Of a stretch of 64,000 nucleotides of DNA, positions 19,302 through 30,115 are shown piece by piece. The notes under the pieces were generated by a model. That model did not search any database. It worked only from the letters and a program-made list of their open reading frames with translations, and was not told where the DNA came from. Position 1 is the first letter of the stretch. Each line of letters begins with the position of its first letter. Position numbers and translations under genes: made by a program. The stretch covers positions 96,001 through 160,000 of the forward strand of contig CAVXYC010000010.1 of the NCBI GenBank assembly GCA_963765765.1. Reading direction: 5' to 3'. Source of the stretch: an uncultured Chloroflexia bacterium. GTDB lineage: Bacteria > Chloroflexota > UBA6077 > JACCZL01.

Positions 19302-20483
19302 ATGGGGCATGGATGGCGAGGATCTCACTTGTTCACGAGCCAGGCTATTCGACTGCTTCTTGCGTTCAACCTGGTCCTGGTGCTCGGCGCGACGACCGAG
19401 GTGACCCGCGCCCAAGTCCCGAGCCTCTCGGTCTGGAGTCAGGGAGATGCCGCGGGCTGGTCGGAATGGTCGATGCAGGGTGTCACTAATGATGGCGGCG
19501 CCCTCGTTCTCGATCGCCATGTGACCGATTCACAGCGGGCTTCAGGCAGCCTCGATGGACCCGTTCGCGAGCTGCCGTTCGATGAGCTCATCCCTTCATG
19601 GAACGTTCACACGCCCCCTGAGACATGGATAGAGACGCTTGCCCGAGTCCGAATTGACGGAGCGTGGACCGGCTGGTACTCAATGGGCCGATGGGCGTCG
19701 GATAAAGGCCAACGCCAGAGTGTCAAGGGTCAGGACGATGATCGGGTCAAAGTTCTTACTGATACGCTTCGAGTTCAAGGAACCGCGAACGCATATCAGC
19801 TACGACTTACTCTGAATTCAAATGGCGACGGGGAATCGCCGCAGCTCACACTTGTTGCTGCCGTGGCAACTTCGGGAGCGACGGCTTCGAAATACCGGAC
19901 GGGGAATAAGACTGTAGCGGCAACGACGCTAGATGTACCTGGGCGCTCCCAGATGATCTATCCAGATGGAGGCGAGGTCTGGTGTAGCCCAACCTCCACC
20001 AGCATGGTCATGGCGTATTGGTCCGAGATAACTGCGGACCCCCGTCTGAATAGACCGGTTCCAGAAGTGGCAGCGGGAACATACGACCCCGTGTATCGAG
20101 GAAATGGAAATTGGTCTTTTAATACCGCTTACGCGGGTGATGCAGGCCTGACCGCGTTCGTGAGCCGTGGAGCGTCACTGCACGACGCTGAGCGATGGCT
20201 GGCTGCGGGCGTTCCAGTGATTGCAAGTCTCGGTTGGGCTGGAGGGCAGCTACCGGAAGCACCGATCGGGTCCACAAACGGACACTTATTGGTGATCGTG
20301 GGCGTCACTGAACAAGGAGACGTCGTAGTGAACGATCCGGCCGCCGACCCACGGCGCGGTCAGAGCGTTCGACGGGTGTACGATCGCGGGAGTTTTGAAT
20401 CGCTCTGGCTTTCATATTCGGGCGGCACGATGTACATCATGTACCCCCCGATCACCCGGTGCCATTGTAGGGTAAGCAATTGA
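19302..20483 (+). CDS. Secreted C39-like peptidase
   Basis: Signal peptide; 'SQMIYPDGGEVWCSPTS' (Cys), 'GHLLVIVG' (His), 'VNDPA' (Asp). Confidence 0.82.
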   Translation: MGHGWRGSHLFTSQAIRLLLAFNLVLVLGATTEVTRAQVPSLSVWSQGDAAGWSEWSMQGVTNDGGALVLDRHVTDSQRASGSLDGPVRELPFDELIPSWNVHTPPETWIETLARVRIDGAWTGWYSMGRWASDKGQRQSVKGQDDDRVKVLTDTLRVQGTANAYQLRLTLNSNGDGESPQLTLVAAVATSGATASKYRTGNKTVAATTLDVPGRSQMIYPDGGEVWCSPTSTSMVMAYWSEITADPRLNRPVPEVAAGTYDPVYRGNGNWSFNTAYAGDAGLTAFVSRGASLHDAERWLAAGVPVIASLGWAGGQLPEAPIGSTNGHLLVIVGVTEQGDVVVNDPAADPRRGQSVRRVYDRGSFESLWLSYSGGTMYIMYPPITRCHCRVSN

Positions 20484-20520
20484 CGAGGCCGCTCAGCGGC
20501 ATTGAGGGAGAGATAAGAGT

Positions 20521-20937
20521 ATGCAATTGATTCGCCGACTTTCGATCATGTCGCTCCTGGCTCTTGGGCTGGGTTTTGTTTCGCTTGGGGCTCGAGCCAC
20601 CGGTGTACTCGCTGATGACAAGGAGCTTTCTCTTCGGGGACTCGTGGACTGCGGGAAGAAGGTTGAGACAGCCTGCAACGTCCAAGGCTCATTCTTCTTC
20701 TGGACGGACGGCTACAGCGAGGGTACGCAGCGAGTGCAGATCGACGTCAGCTGGATTAAGCCCGAAAAGCTTCCTCCGCTCGATCAGGAAGACGAGCTCT
20801 GCCTCACGGGCTTCGTTCGAGAGGATCAGATCTTTCAGGCGACGGCGGTCAATGAACAGTGCGACGAGGGCACAGTGAACGACAAGGATGCAGACCGAGA
20901 GAAGAAAGAGAATAGCAAAGAACGGAATCGGAACTAG
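20521..20937 (+). CDS. Secreted hypothetical protein
   Basis: RBS, signal peptide, four Cys, charged tail. Confidence 0.65.
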   Translation: MQLIRRLSIMSLLALGLGFVSLGARATGVLADDKELSLRGLVDCGKKVETACNVQGSFFFWTDGYSEGTQRVQIDVSWIKPEKLPPLDQEDELCLTGFVREDQIFQATAVNEQCDEGTVNDKDADREKKENSKERNRN

Positions 20938-21094
20938 CTCAGGCTATGATCAGGCATGCGCCCGGCGAAGCGAGTAAAATGCGCTCGGCCGGGCGCTCTT
21001 GAATTCGCTGAGAACCGCCAGCACGCGATTCATAGGTTTGGACGTGCGCAGTCCGGGAGCATAATCGAGCAATTTCCTGCCAAGGTCACCGCAG

Positions 21095-22384
21095 TTGTCC
21101 GAGCAATCGACAGTCGCTGTTAACTCCGCGCCCACCGGCCATCATCTTGGTGCGCCGGTTAGTGCGTTGGGTGCGTCTACCGCCACATTGAAGCCCAGCG
21201 GGCTCTCGGGATGGCGCCTCCTTCTCCTCCGCTTCATCGTCATTCTCATTGGGCTGCTGCTTCCACTCATCTGTGTGGAGCTAACACTCCGGACCATCGG
21301 GGCCGTGTTTCCGGGGAACTATTCGACGGGCAAGTACCTGACCGCCGACCCGATTTACGGTCGCTTCCACGTGCTCAACTTCACCGGCTGGCTGAGGACT
21401 GACGAGTTCGTAAGCTACCTGCGAATCAACAGCGAAGGGCAACGCGGACCAGAGATACCTCTGGCGAAGCCGCCAGGCACGTTCCGTATTCTTGCCCTCG
21501 GAGACTCGTACCTCGAGGCTGCGCAGGTCCGCGAGGATCAAGCCGTGGCGGGATTGCTCGCCAAGTCGTTGACCCAGGCTCGTGGGCAACCGGTGGACGT
21601 TATCAACACGGGCGTCGGAAGCTGGGGCACCACGCAGGAATGGCTGCTACTGCAGCAGGAGGGTGAGCGATTTCAGCCCGACCTGCAGCTCGTGCTGTTC
21701 CACCCAGCAAACGATCTCTGGGACAACAGCTATTCGTTGCAGCGACCGCGCACGCCTCGCGAGCCGTTTTTCACGCTGGCCGATGATGGCTCGCTCAAGG
21801 AAGTCCCGTTCAGACTGGCACAGAAGCCATTCCGCAACGAGCTGGATCCGGACGATCTGACCCCTCAGGGAATCCTTCGTCAAACGTCCTGGCTCTATCA
21901 CGTGTTCGAGACTGGCGTACTGAATAAATTCGAGCAGGGCGATGACACGGCGCCTCGCTTAAACGTACAGGCTCAACAACTGTGGGATCCTCGAGCGGAA
22001 GATCGGGTCAAGCCCACATGGGATGTAACGCTCGCGCTCCTTCGAGCCATCACTGAATACGGTGAATCACACGGCATAAGCACGGTGATCGCCGTAGTGC
22101 CCTCATCGGCCGAAGTGCACGATGAGGACTGGGCTGCCACCGTTGAGCGCATCAGCGCGGCGAAGCTTCAGCCACAGAATTACGAGCGTCATCTTCTCAG
22201 TCAGATCGTGGCCCGTCGTCAGCATGAAGTGCCGGCCATTTGGGTTGATCTCGGACCCCCTCTCCGAGCCGCCGCCGCAAATGGTGAGCGAATGTATTTC
22301 AAGCAGGATGGCCATTGGACAGTAGCGGGCAATGCCGTAGTCTCCTCCGTGCTCGAATCGACTATTAGCCAGTTAATTCCGTAA
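21095..22384 (+). CDS. Membrane-anchored SGNH/GDSL hydrolase family protein
   Basis: N-terminal TM, 'ILALGDSY', 'INTGVGSWG', 'ND', 'DGHWT..GN'. Confidence 0.85.
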   Translation: MSEQSTVAVNSAPTGHHLGAPVSALGASTATLKPSGLSGWRLLLLRFIVILIGLLLPLICVELTLRTIGAVFPGNYSTGKYLTADPIYGRFHVLNFTGWLRTDEFVSYLRINSEGQRGPEIPLAKPPGTFRILALGDSYLEAAQVREDQAVAGLLAKSLTQARGQPVDVINTGVGSWGTTQEWLLLQQEGERFQPDLQLVLFHPANDLWDNSYSLQRPRTPREPFFTLADDGSLKEVPFRLAQKPFRNELDPDDLTPQGILRQTSWLYHVFETGVLNKFEQGDDTAPRLNVQAQQLWDPRAEDRVKPTWDVTLALLRAITEYGESHGISTVIAVVPSSAEVHDEDWAATVERISAAKLQPQNYERHLLSQIVARRQHEVPAIWVDLGPPLRAAAANGERMYFKQDGHWTVAGNAVVSSVLESTISQLIP

Positions 22385-22458
22385 CTGAGTTAGCCAAGCT
22401 CTGGTGCGAAATCTGGCAAAGATGCACGGCCCGGCCCGATTATCTCCACAGAGTTGAC

Positions 22459-22701
22459 ATGCGCCGACAACGAACCAACACCTCACCCTGGCGGGCTGAC
22501 ACCGATCAGCACTCACTGCAGTGCTTGTTCTTAGAGCGACTGCATCGACTCGTCGATCTCGATGAATCATGGAACCCGGAGTGGAGCTCAGAAGAGCGCC
22601 GACTCCTCGAGCACGCTCTTTACTCCACGTATCACGACTGCGTTCGAGTAGGCCTTCGACCGATCGCGCGGGCAATCATTACGATACATTCGCCGCGATA
22701 A
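22459..22701 (+). CDS. Small hypothetical protein
   Basis: Protein-like helical composition ('LLEHALYSTYHDCVRVG'); fills the intergenic gap. Confidence 0.5.
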   Translation: MRRQRTNTSPWRADTDQHSLQCLFLERLHRLVDLDESWNPEWSSEERRLLEHALYSTYHDCVRVGLRPIARAIITIHSPR

Positions 22702-22764
22702 GCTTCGCGGTCGCTTGCGCTCGGCATCGGGCCAGCGCGCACACCGCAGGCTGCACTCACGGCT

Positions 22765-23721
22765 CTAAGAATCGTTCACGCGCCGCGGATCCAGCGCATC
22801 GCGTAAGGCGTCTGAGAAATAGTTCAGGCCCACGAGCAGCAATGCCAGTGCGACCCCAGGCCAGACGCCGAACCAGGGAGCTTGCCGCAGATGGGCTCGA
22901 CTATCGCTCAGCATGCCACCCCATGACGGCTCTGGCGGTAGCGTGCCGAGCCCCAGGAACGAAAGGCTTGACTCGGCCAGGACGGCGAATCCCACGGCCA
23001 GGCTCATCTGCACTAACAATGGGCCGAGAGAGTTGGGCAGCACATGCCTTTGCATAACCCGAATGCTGGGGACTCCCAGAGACTGTGCCGCCAGGACGTA
23101 GTCTCGTTCTCGCTCGGTTTGCACAAGGGAGCGTGTCAAGCGAGCGAAGATCGGCATCTGCGCCAGTGCGATTGCGAATGCCACGTTTGTCCCACCAGCT
23201 CCCAGCACGGCAACCACGGCGATGCCCAGAAGGATCGTTGGAAACGCCAGAAGCGCGTCGTAGATACGCATAGTCACAGCATCCATCCAGCCCCCGAAAT
23301 ATCCAGCCAGCAGCCCCGTACTGATTCCCACTGTGGCTCCCATCACTACGGCCAACACGCCGATGAAGAACGAGGCGCGACTGCCCCAGATGATTCGGCT
23401 AAGGAGGTCCCGGCCGAGATTGTCAGTACCCAGGAGATACTGTCCGCCGGGCCGAACCAGCTCCTCACCAGCATGCTGTTCTAGAGGGCTGAAGGGCGCA
23501 ATCAATGGTGCGCTAATAGCCATGAAGACGAGCAGCAGCAGGATCACGAGACCGCAGGCTCCAACCGGATTTCGAATTGTCCGTGCAAGCGCCGCCACGA
23601 GTGGATTCCGGGAGCGTGCTCCCCACGTCGTTCGGTATGCGCGTTGGGCGGAAACGGGTACCTTGCGGATTGGCGGCAGTGCAGCCACACCGCCGGCGGC
23701 TGCTGGCTGGCTACCACTCAT
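22765..23721 (-). CDS. Dipeptide/nickel-type ABC permease (DppC-like)
   Basis: 'LLGTDNLGRD', 'RHVLPN', 'ESSLSFLGLG', 'DALRDALDP'. Confidence 0.9.
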   Translation of the reverse strand: MSGSQPAAAGGVAALPPIRKVPVSAQRAYRTTWGARSRNPLVAALARTIRNPVGACGLVILLLLVFMAISAPLIAPFSPLEQHAGEELVRPGGQYLLGTDNLGRDLLSRIIWGSRASFFIGVLAVVMGATVGISTGLLAGYFGGWMDAVTMRIYDALLAFPTILLGIAVVAVLGAGGTNVAFAIALAQMPIFARLTRSLVQTERERDYVLAAQSLGVPSIRVMQRHVLPNSLGPLLVQMSLAVGFAVLAESSLSFLGLGTLPPEPSWGGMLSDSRAHLRQAPWFGVWPGVALALLLVGLNYFSDALRDALDPRRVNDS

Positions 23722-24737
23722 CCCGTAACTCGTTGCGCAAGACGAACGCGCGGATCGATATATCCGCACAACAAGTCGGTGAGTAAATTCACTGAGACAA
23801 ATACAACCACAAGTAAAAGAAGTCCGGCCTGGAGCACCGCGTAGTCGCGCGTGCCGATGCTATCGAGTAGTAATCGTCCCACTCCGGGCCAGCCGAAGAC
23901 CGACTCCACAACGACAGATCCGCCCAGGAGTCGCCCGAACTGAAGGCCGAGCACCGTAACCACGGGCACCAGCGCGTTACGCATCACGTGACCAGAGAGG
24001 ATGTGCAGATCCGCGAGCCCCTTCGAGCGCGCGGTGCGGACAAAGTCGTACGAGAGCACCTCGAGCATGGAAGCCCGAACGAGTCGGGAGATCGAGACAG
24101 ACGACGGTAACGCCAGCGTCAATGCAGGTAGAAAGAGCGTTCGCAAGCCCATTCCGGGGTCCTGTAGTAGCTCCACTCGCCCGCCAGGTGGCAGCCAACC
24201 TAGTATCAGGGCGAACAGGATGATTGACAGGATTCCGAACCAGAAATTGGGGATGGCAACGAGTAGTCCGTTGATTGACGAGATCGCAATGTCGATCGGA
24301 CCGCGGTGCCAGACAGCCGCGATGATCCCGGTGGGTATCCCCATCACAATGCACAGGATCATCGCTGCCATCGTCAGCTCCAGCGTCGCGGGGACGCGAC
24401 GCGCTAGGACTTCAGAAATGGGCAGCTTGCTCAGCACGGACCGTCCCAGGTCTCCACGCAGGAGATGAGAGATCCATATGCCGTACTGGACGGGCAGTGG
24501 CTGGTCCAGGCCCATCTCGTGCCGGATCGACTCCACCGTTTGCGGGGTGGCATCTATCCCGGCCAGGACCTGCGCGGGGTCTCCAGGGATGACGCGGACC
24601 AGGCAAAAGACGGCGATGGTAGCCAGAAGGATGACCGGAATGGACTGGGCAATGCGCTGAAATACGAAGGCCAGTGCGAATACTCCTTGGCTTACAGATG
24701 TGCGTGCCCTTGAATGTACCGACGCTCGACCAGACAT
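23718..24737 (-). CDS. Dipeptide/nickel-type ABC permease (DppB-like)
   Basis: 'IPGDPA', 'GLDQPLPVQY', 'DFVRTARSKGL', 'VESVFGWPGVG', 'RDY'; exact start uncertain. Confidence 0.9.
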   Translation of the reverse strand: MSGRASVHSRARTSVSQGVFALAFVFQRIAQSIPVILLATIAVFCLVRVIPGDPAQVLAGIDATPQTVESIRHEMGLDQPLPVQYGIWISHLLRGDLGRSVLSKLPISEVLARRVPATLELTMAAMILCIVMGIPTGIIAAVWHRGPIDIAISSINGLLVAIPNFWFGILSIILFALILGWLPPGGRVELLQDPGMGLRTLFLPALTLALPSSVSISRLVRASMLEVLSYDFVRTARSKGLADLHILSGHVMRNALVPVVTVLGLQFGRLLGGSVVVESVFGWPGVGRLLLDSIGTRDYAVLQAGLLLLVVVFVSVNLLTDLLCGYIDPRVRLAQRVTG

Positions 24738-24861
24738 TCCTACCAGTCTGCGCGGTGGTGCCGTATATTAGCGCTGTCCTGGCTCGGTGCGCTGCCAATT
24801 CACGGGCAAACCAAGCTGTATCGCGCGGCCCGAGTCTCTTGCCGGAACTGAGGGTGGGTCA

Positions 24862-25737
24862 ATGATGAAGGTCACTGTCATGGCGGACGAGATCAGCCCT
24901 GATCTCGAAACGTCGCTCGAGCTGATGCGATCGTGGAATCTCGATACCGTGGAGCTCCGCAGGGCTGGTGAGCGCCGGTATCCAGACGTTTCCGACTATT
25001 GGAAATCGCGGGTTCCCCGACTGGTCAAGGAGTTCGGATTCTCGGTGGTGGCTATCTCCCCGGGGCTCTTCAAGGTCGACTTCCCGGGGCCAGATGAGCC
25101 ATTGCGATTTCTCCGTGCGCCTGATATGGATCAGTTCGCACTCGAGGAGAAGGCTAAGCGTCTCCTCGATCAACACGTGAATGAGCTCCTTCCAGCGAGT
25201 ATTGAAGCGGCAAAGGCGCTGGGCGCACGCAACATCATTTGTTGGAGCTTCCAATCGCAAGAGCACGGGCCCACTCCGCAGGGCGCGGTTCAAATTCTAA
25301 AACACGGTGCAGAGCGCGCCGGTGCGGCCGGCGTGCAGCTTCTCATCGAGGTCTCGGATAAGAGCAGCCGCGTGGCTGATCTGGTGCGCCGAATTGATCA
25401 TCCGTCCTTGGCAGTGAGCTGGACTCCGGCCAGCGCTTACGCGGCTGGAGATCACACGTCATTCCCGGACGGCTATGCGAGTGTGCGGCCGTACGTGCGG
25501 CATGTGCACTTCAAAGACGTCATCGTGGATGCGTCGGGGCACTACGAGTGGGCGATGAACGGACTCATCGATTGGCGCGGACAGATCAAGTCGCTTGCCG
25601 ATGACTACTATGACGGCTACATCTCAGTGGAGCCGCACGTACGGCCAAAGATTAACGGCGTTATCGAAACGCTTGATCGCGTGCGGGGACTTATCCATGA
25701 GTTTGCGCCGGCCTCGGCGTCTGCCCTCGCGAGTTAG
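24862..25737 (+). CDS. Sugar phosphate isomerase/epimerase (xylose-isomerase-like TIM barrel), paralog 1
   Basis: 'ADEIS.DLE', 'VELR', 'HVHFKD', 'GLIDW', 'YDGYISVEPH'. Confidence 0.85.
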   Translation: MMKVTVMADEISPDLETSLELMRSWNLDTVELRRAGERRYPDVSDYWKSRVPRLVKEFGFSVVAISPGLFKVDFPGPDEPLRFLRAPDMDQFALEEKAKRLLDQHVNELLPASIEAAKALGARNIICWSFQSQEHGPTPQGAVQILKHGAERAGAAGVQLLIEVSDKSSRVADLVRRIDHPSLAVSWTPASAYAAGDHTSFPDGYASVRPYVRHVHFKDVIVDASGHYEWAMNGLIDWRGQIKSLADDYYDGYISVEPHVRPKINGVIETLDRVRGLIHEFAPASASALAS

Positions 25738-25859
25738 GGCGGCCCATCTAGTCAAACTACTCGCCCTGGTGAGCGCGCCAGGGTGATCGCTGATCCAACG
25801 ATGGCAGTGGACAAGTTTCACGTCACCAAAGTGGCTCAGGGGAGCGAAAGGGGTCCAAT

Positions 25860-27549
25860 GTGGATTCGAGTCCAACACGATTGATCGTTAGTCGCCGCGT
25901 CGCGCTTCGAGCCATCCTATCGAGCGCGGGCGTCGCAATGCTCGCCGCGTGCGCTCCGATCGGCGAGCCCGCCTCAAAGTCGTCCGCGCCGACTGCAGCG
26001 CCCGCGACAGCGGCCGCGGGTGCGGGTGCGAAGCCGACAGCGGCCGCGGGTCCGCCGACCGCAGCCGCAGCAACCGCGAAGCCCGCTGCGGCTAGCCCCA
26101 AATCGGGAGGCAAGCTTCGGCTGGCCATGTCCGTGGATCTCGACGCTTCAGGTGTGGAAGGTGGACGTCTGGGGCCCGCATACACGCCGTCAGTGTTCAT
26201 GATTTTCGATCGACTGACAGGATTCAATGGCAAGTATGAGCCGCAACCGATGCTCGCCGAGAGCTGGGATTGGAGCATCGACAAGAAGCAGCTAAAGCTA
26301 AATTTGCGCAAGGGCGTGGTGTTCCACTCGGGGCGCGAATTCACGAGTGAAGACGTCAAATACAACTTGATGCGCGTTCGCGATCCGAAGGTCGGCACCG
26401 GTCAGCTCGTGGGCATGAGCAACTGGTTCTCAGAGTTCGAGACGCCGGAACAAGAACACCATCATTCTCAAGGCGGACAAGCCGCGGCCGACGGTATTTG
26501 ACATGCTCGAGTACCTGAACATTGTGGACCGAGAGCTGGCCGACGGCCCTAACGCGACGACCCAGGCGGGTGGCACCGGTCCATTTGCTCTGGGAGAGTG
26601 GGTCCAGGGCGATCACATCCGATTCGTCAAAAATAAGAACTACTGGCAGACAGGCAAGCCGTACCTCGACGAGATAAATATCGCGATCGTCCGCGATCCG
26701 CAGGCAATGGCTGTGCAGCTTGAAGCTGGCAGTCTCGATGCTGTGCTCAATCCGCTGGTACAAGACGGCGCGCGTCTGCAGAAAGACTCGAAATACCAGC
26801 TCATCAGCGGCGATCCCAATGGTCTTGTCATCAACGTGGTCGTCAATACCACTCAGGCGCCTTTCGACAACAAGAAAGTGCGCCAAGCGCTGAACTATGC
26901 CATCGATCGTCAGCGCTTCATTGATACTGTGTTGCTCAACCTCTCAGGCAAGGAAATCTCAGATCTTCCGTGGCCCGCGGGCTCGCCAGCGTCGGAGCCA
27001 GCGAAGAACAAGGTGTTCGCCTATAACCTGGACAAGGCGAAGGCGCTACTGAGCGAGGCCGGTGTCTCTGGGTTCGAGATGGATTTCATCTACTCCAACA
27101 TCAGCAGTGAGCTGGCTGCCTTTGCTCAGATCTACGCCGGCGACCTGGCCAAGCTGGGCATCAAGCTGAATCTCAAGCCACTGGATTCGGGCACATATAA
27201 CCGAACGTCACTTGCGCGGCAATTCTCTATTGGCGCATCAGACAGTAGCTTCGCTCAGATGGAGCCCGGGACACTCTTCCAGCTCAGCGGTGCGCATCGT
27301 CCCACGGGGAACTCGGCCGGATACGAGAATCAGAAGTACATCGATCTCGTGGAGGCTTCGCAGACGGAGCCTGACCTGGCTAAGCGGAAGCAAGTCTACT
27401 CCGACCTAAACGATCTCTTGCTCGAGGACGTCTTTATCATCCCTGTGGCCCAACGCCCCTGGTACATCGTTGCGCGGAGCCAGGTGAAGGACGTCAAGTG
27501 GATGATCAGTCAAGCTCCCGTCTACGCGGACATGTGGTTGGATTCGTAG
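25860..27549 (+). CDS. ABC substrate-binding protein, family 5; frameshift near 26450
   Basis: Tat-like/lipobox 'SRRVAL...LAAC', Ala/Pro linker, 'PMLAESW', 'FHSGREFTSEDV', then 'GTGPF', 'KVRQALNYAIDR' in the next frame. Confidence 0.88.
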
Positions 27550-27665
27550 GCGTCTTTCATCAGGATGACGAGGTGTTCTGGTTGCGATTACGGCGCAACT
27601 CAAGATGACAAGAATCGGAAAGTAGGATTGGCTGCCAAGCGTGAACAGTCTCTCACGGAGGACAC

Positions 27666-28547
27666 ATGAAAATCTCCATCATCGCGGACGAGGTCAGTCC
27701 TGATCTCGAATCGGCTCTCGAGCTAATTCGGATGTGGGGCATCGACACTGTGGAGCTTCGGCGTGCCGGTGAGCGCCGCTATCCAGACGTGACGGATTAT
27801 TGGAAGTCGCGTGTGCCCAGAATGGTCAAAGAATCCGGGTTGAAATGCGTGGCGATTTCACCGGGCCTGTTCAAGATCCACTATCCGGGCGACGCGGCAC
27901 CGCTTCATTTCCATCGCGCCATCGATATGGAGCAGTTTGAGAAAGAACAAAGGATTCAGGTGCTGCTAGAGCACCATGTGAACACTGTGCTTCCCGCCAG
28001 CATCGAAGCGGCCAAGCAGCTCGGCTGTGACATGATCATCTGCTTCAGCTTTCAGCGTCAGGACCACGGGCCGGCGTCGGAAGGTGCTGTTCAGGTTTTG
28101 CGCCACGCGGCAGAGAAGGTCGCCGAAGCGGGATTGCTGCTCGCCATAGAAGTGGATGAGGACCTGACCGCACGAACCGTGGATCTCATCAAACGCGTCA
28201 ATAACCCAGCGTTGGTGATTAACTGGGATCCGGGCAATGCCTATCGTTCTGGCGACGACGTGCCGTACCCAGATGCATACGAGCTGGCGAAGCCTTATGT
28301 GCGCCACGTCCACTTCAAGGATGCAATGACCGACACCAGCGGCGAGCGAATCTGGACATTGGATGGCATCATCGACTGGCGCGGGCAAATGGCCGCGTTG
28401 AAGGACGACGGTTACGACGGATACATATCGGTGGAGCCCCACGTGCGCCCTAAGATAGGCGGCGTGCTCTACACACTCAATCGGATACAGACGCTCATGA
28501 AAGAAGCCAACATCGTTTCAGTCACTGCGAGCGCGCGTGCAATATAA
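27666..28547 (+). CDS. Sugar phosphate isomerase/epimerase, paralog 2
   Basis: 'ADEVSPDLE', 'AIE', 'NWDPGN', 'HVHFKD', 'ISVEPH'. Confidence 0.88.
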   Translation: MKISIIADEVSPDLESALELIRMWGIDTVELRRAGERRYPDVTDYWKSRVPRMVKESGLKCVAISPGLFKIHYPGDAAPLHFHRAIDMEQFEKEQRIQVLLEHHVNTVLPASIEAAKQLGCDMIICFSFQRQDHGPASEGAVQVLRHAAEKVAEAGLLLAIEVDEDLTARTVDLIKRVNNPALVINWDPGNAYRSGDDVPYPDAYELAKPYVRHVHFKDAMTDTSGERIWTLDGIIDWRGQMAALKDDGYDGYISVEPHVRPKIGGVLYTLNRIQTLMKEANIVSVTASARAI

Positions 28548-29493
28548 GCAGCTCGGACGATCGGGCCTCACGGTTTCCGTGGCCGGTCTTGGCGCCAACA
28601 ACTTCGGTCGACGCAATTCTCCAGAGGAGACACTGGAGATCGTCGACGCCGCGTTCGATCTCGGTATTAATTTCATCGATACGGCCGATGTCTACGGTAA
28701 CGGAAGCTCGGAGGAGCTGCTGGGACAGGTGCTAAAGGGCAGGCGCCACCAGGTTGTGCTCGCCACCAAAGTAGGTGGCAAGATGCCTGGTTCCCCAGAC
28801 GTCGCGCGTGGCTCTCGGCGCTACATCCGCTGGGAGGTCGAGAACAGTCTGCGTCGGCTGCAAACGGATTTCATCGATCTCTATTATCTTCATCGACCCG
28901 ATCCCCTGACGCCAATCGAGGAAACCCTCGCGGCTATGGACGAGCTGGTGAAGGACGGCAAAGTTCGCTACATCGGTAGCTCCAACTTTGACGGTTGGCA
29001 AATCGCCGACGCCGAGTGGACGGCAAGGACGCTGCGCAGCTCCCGCTTCGTCGCGGCTCAGAACGAGTACCAGTTGCTCAATCGCAAAATCGAGACTGAC
29101 GTGGCGCCGGCGTGTCTTGAATATGGCATCGGCATAGTCGCCTCCCGTCCGTTGGCTCACGGGTTCTTGACCGGGAAATACCGTCGGGGTGAACAGGCAC
29201 CCCCTGGCACGCGCCTGGCCGTGCGTGAGATCGCCAAGCAGGAGATGGACTTCGATCTCATCGACGCGCTCCAGAACTTTGCGCACGAGCGTGGAGTGAC
29301 GCTTCTCGAGGTGGCGTTCGGTTACGTCCTCGACAATGCGGCCGTGGCCTCGACCATTGCTGGTGCAACGAGCGTCGAGCAGCTTCGGTCAAATGCTGCC
29401 GCGATTCAGTGGCGGCCGACACCGAGCGACTACCAAGCGCTGGAAGATATCCTCTCCATGCCCTTTACACCCGCCTCAGAACGTTCGATCTAA
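28537..29493 (+). CDS. Aldo/keto reductase
   Basis: 'LGRSGL.VS', 'DTADVYG', 'ATK', 'IDLYYLH', 'GKVRYIGSSN'. Confidence 0.93.
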   Translation: MQYKQLGRSGLTVSVAGLGANNFGRRNSPEETLEIVDAAFDLGINFIDTADVYGNGSSEELLGQVLKGRRHQVVLATKVGGKMPGSPDVARGSRRYIRWEVENSLRRLQTDFIDLYYLHRPDPLTPIEETLAAMDELVKDGKVRYIGSSNFDGWQIADAEWTARTLRSSRFVAAQNEYQLLNRKIETDVAPACLEYGIGIVASRPLAHGFLTGKYRRGEQAPPGTRLAVREIAKQEMDFDLIDALQNFAHERGVTLLEVAFGYVLDNAAVASTIAGATSVEQLRSNAAAIQWRPTPSDYQALEDILSMPFTPASERSI

Positions 29494-29782
29494 TCCGGCT
29501 TGGATCGGGGCGGTTATCGCCGCTTTCGAATCGAGTGGAGCGACACGGAGGTCTGCCTTCTAGTCTCGCGGGAACGTGGCGAATACGGCGGGGCAGCGAA
29601 GGTATGTGGTCGCTCACTAACTCACTCCCTCCTATCCTCGGAGTGGAATGATGGCGCGGCCCGGATATCTATGCCGGACCCTTGCACAGTGGTGGGCTCT
29701 CAGGGACGAGACGTACCGTGTCGAGTCTTCCCGAGAGGACTAAATCATTGCAGAAGCGCACTTTCACGACATCCGTACTGCG

Positions 29783-30028
29783 ATGCGATCCGTGATGGAG
29801 ATGGCGGATATGTTGCCTTCACTGAGCAACGCGACCGCCACTGACCTTGATGGAATGGCATCGATGGTACGAGCCTTTGGCCAGACGAACGATCGATTCG
29901 CGGCGTATCACCTCGTCGAGGTGCTCAACCGGGATGCCCGCGCGCGTGTGGCTGATCTGCAGGCGTCTTACTCACGCGCGTTTGGCGTCGTGAACACCGC
30001 CACCAACTCCGGTCAACTCAATACGTAA
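29783..30028 (+). CDS. Small hypothetical protein
   Basis: Protein-like ORF; start uncertain. Confidence 0.4.
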   Translation: MRSVMEMADMLPSLSNATATDLDGMASMVRAFGQTNDRFAAYHLVEVLNRDARARVADLQASYSRAFGVVNTATNSGQLNT

Positions 30029-30115
30029 ATCTCGCGGCTCGAGTCCGCTCAGAATAGCCATCGCCAATGATCCGCGTGACTAGAATGAGGAAAGCGACAG
30101 CTGTAGAAGGTACCT

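Noticed and set aside
25990-26100. Ala/Pro/Thr repeats in SBP genes (also 62850-63030)
   Set aside because: Ordinary low-complexity lipoprotein linkers
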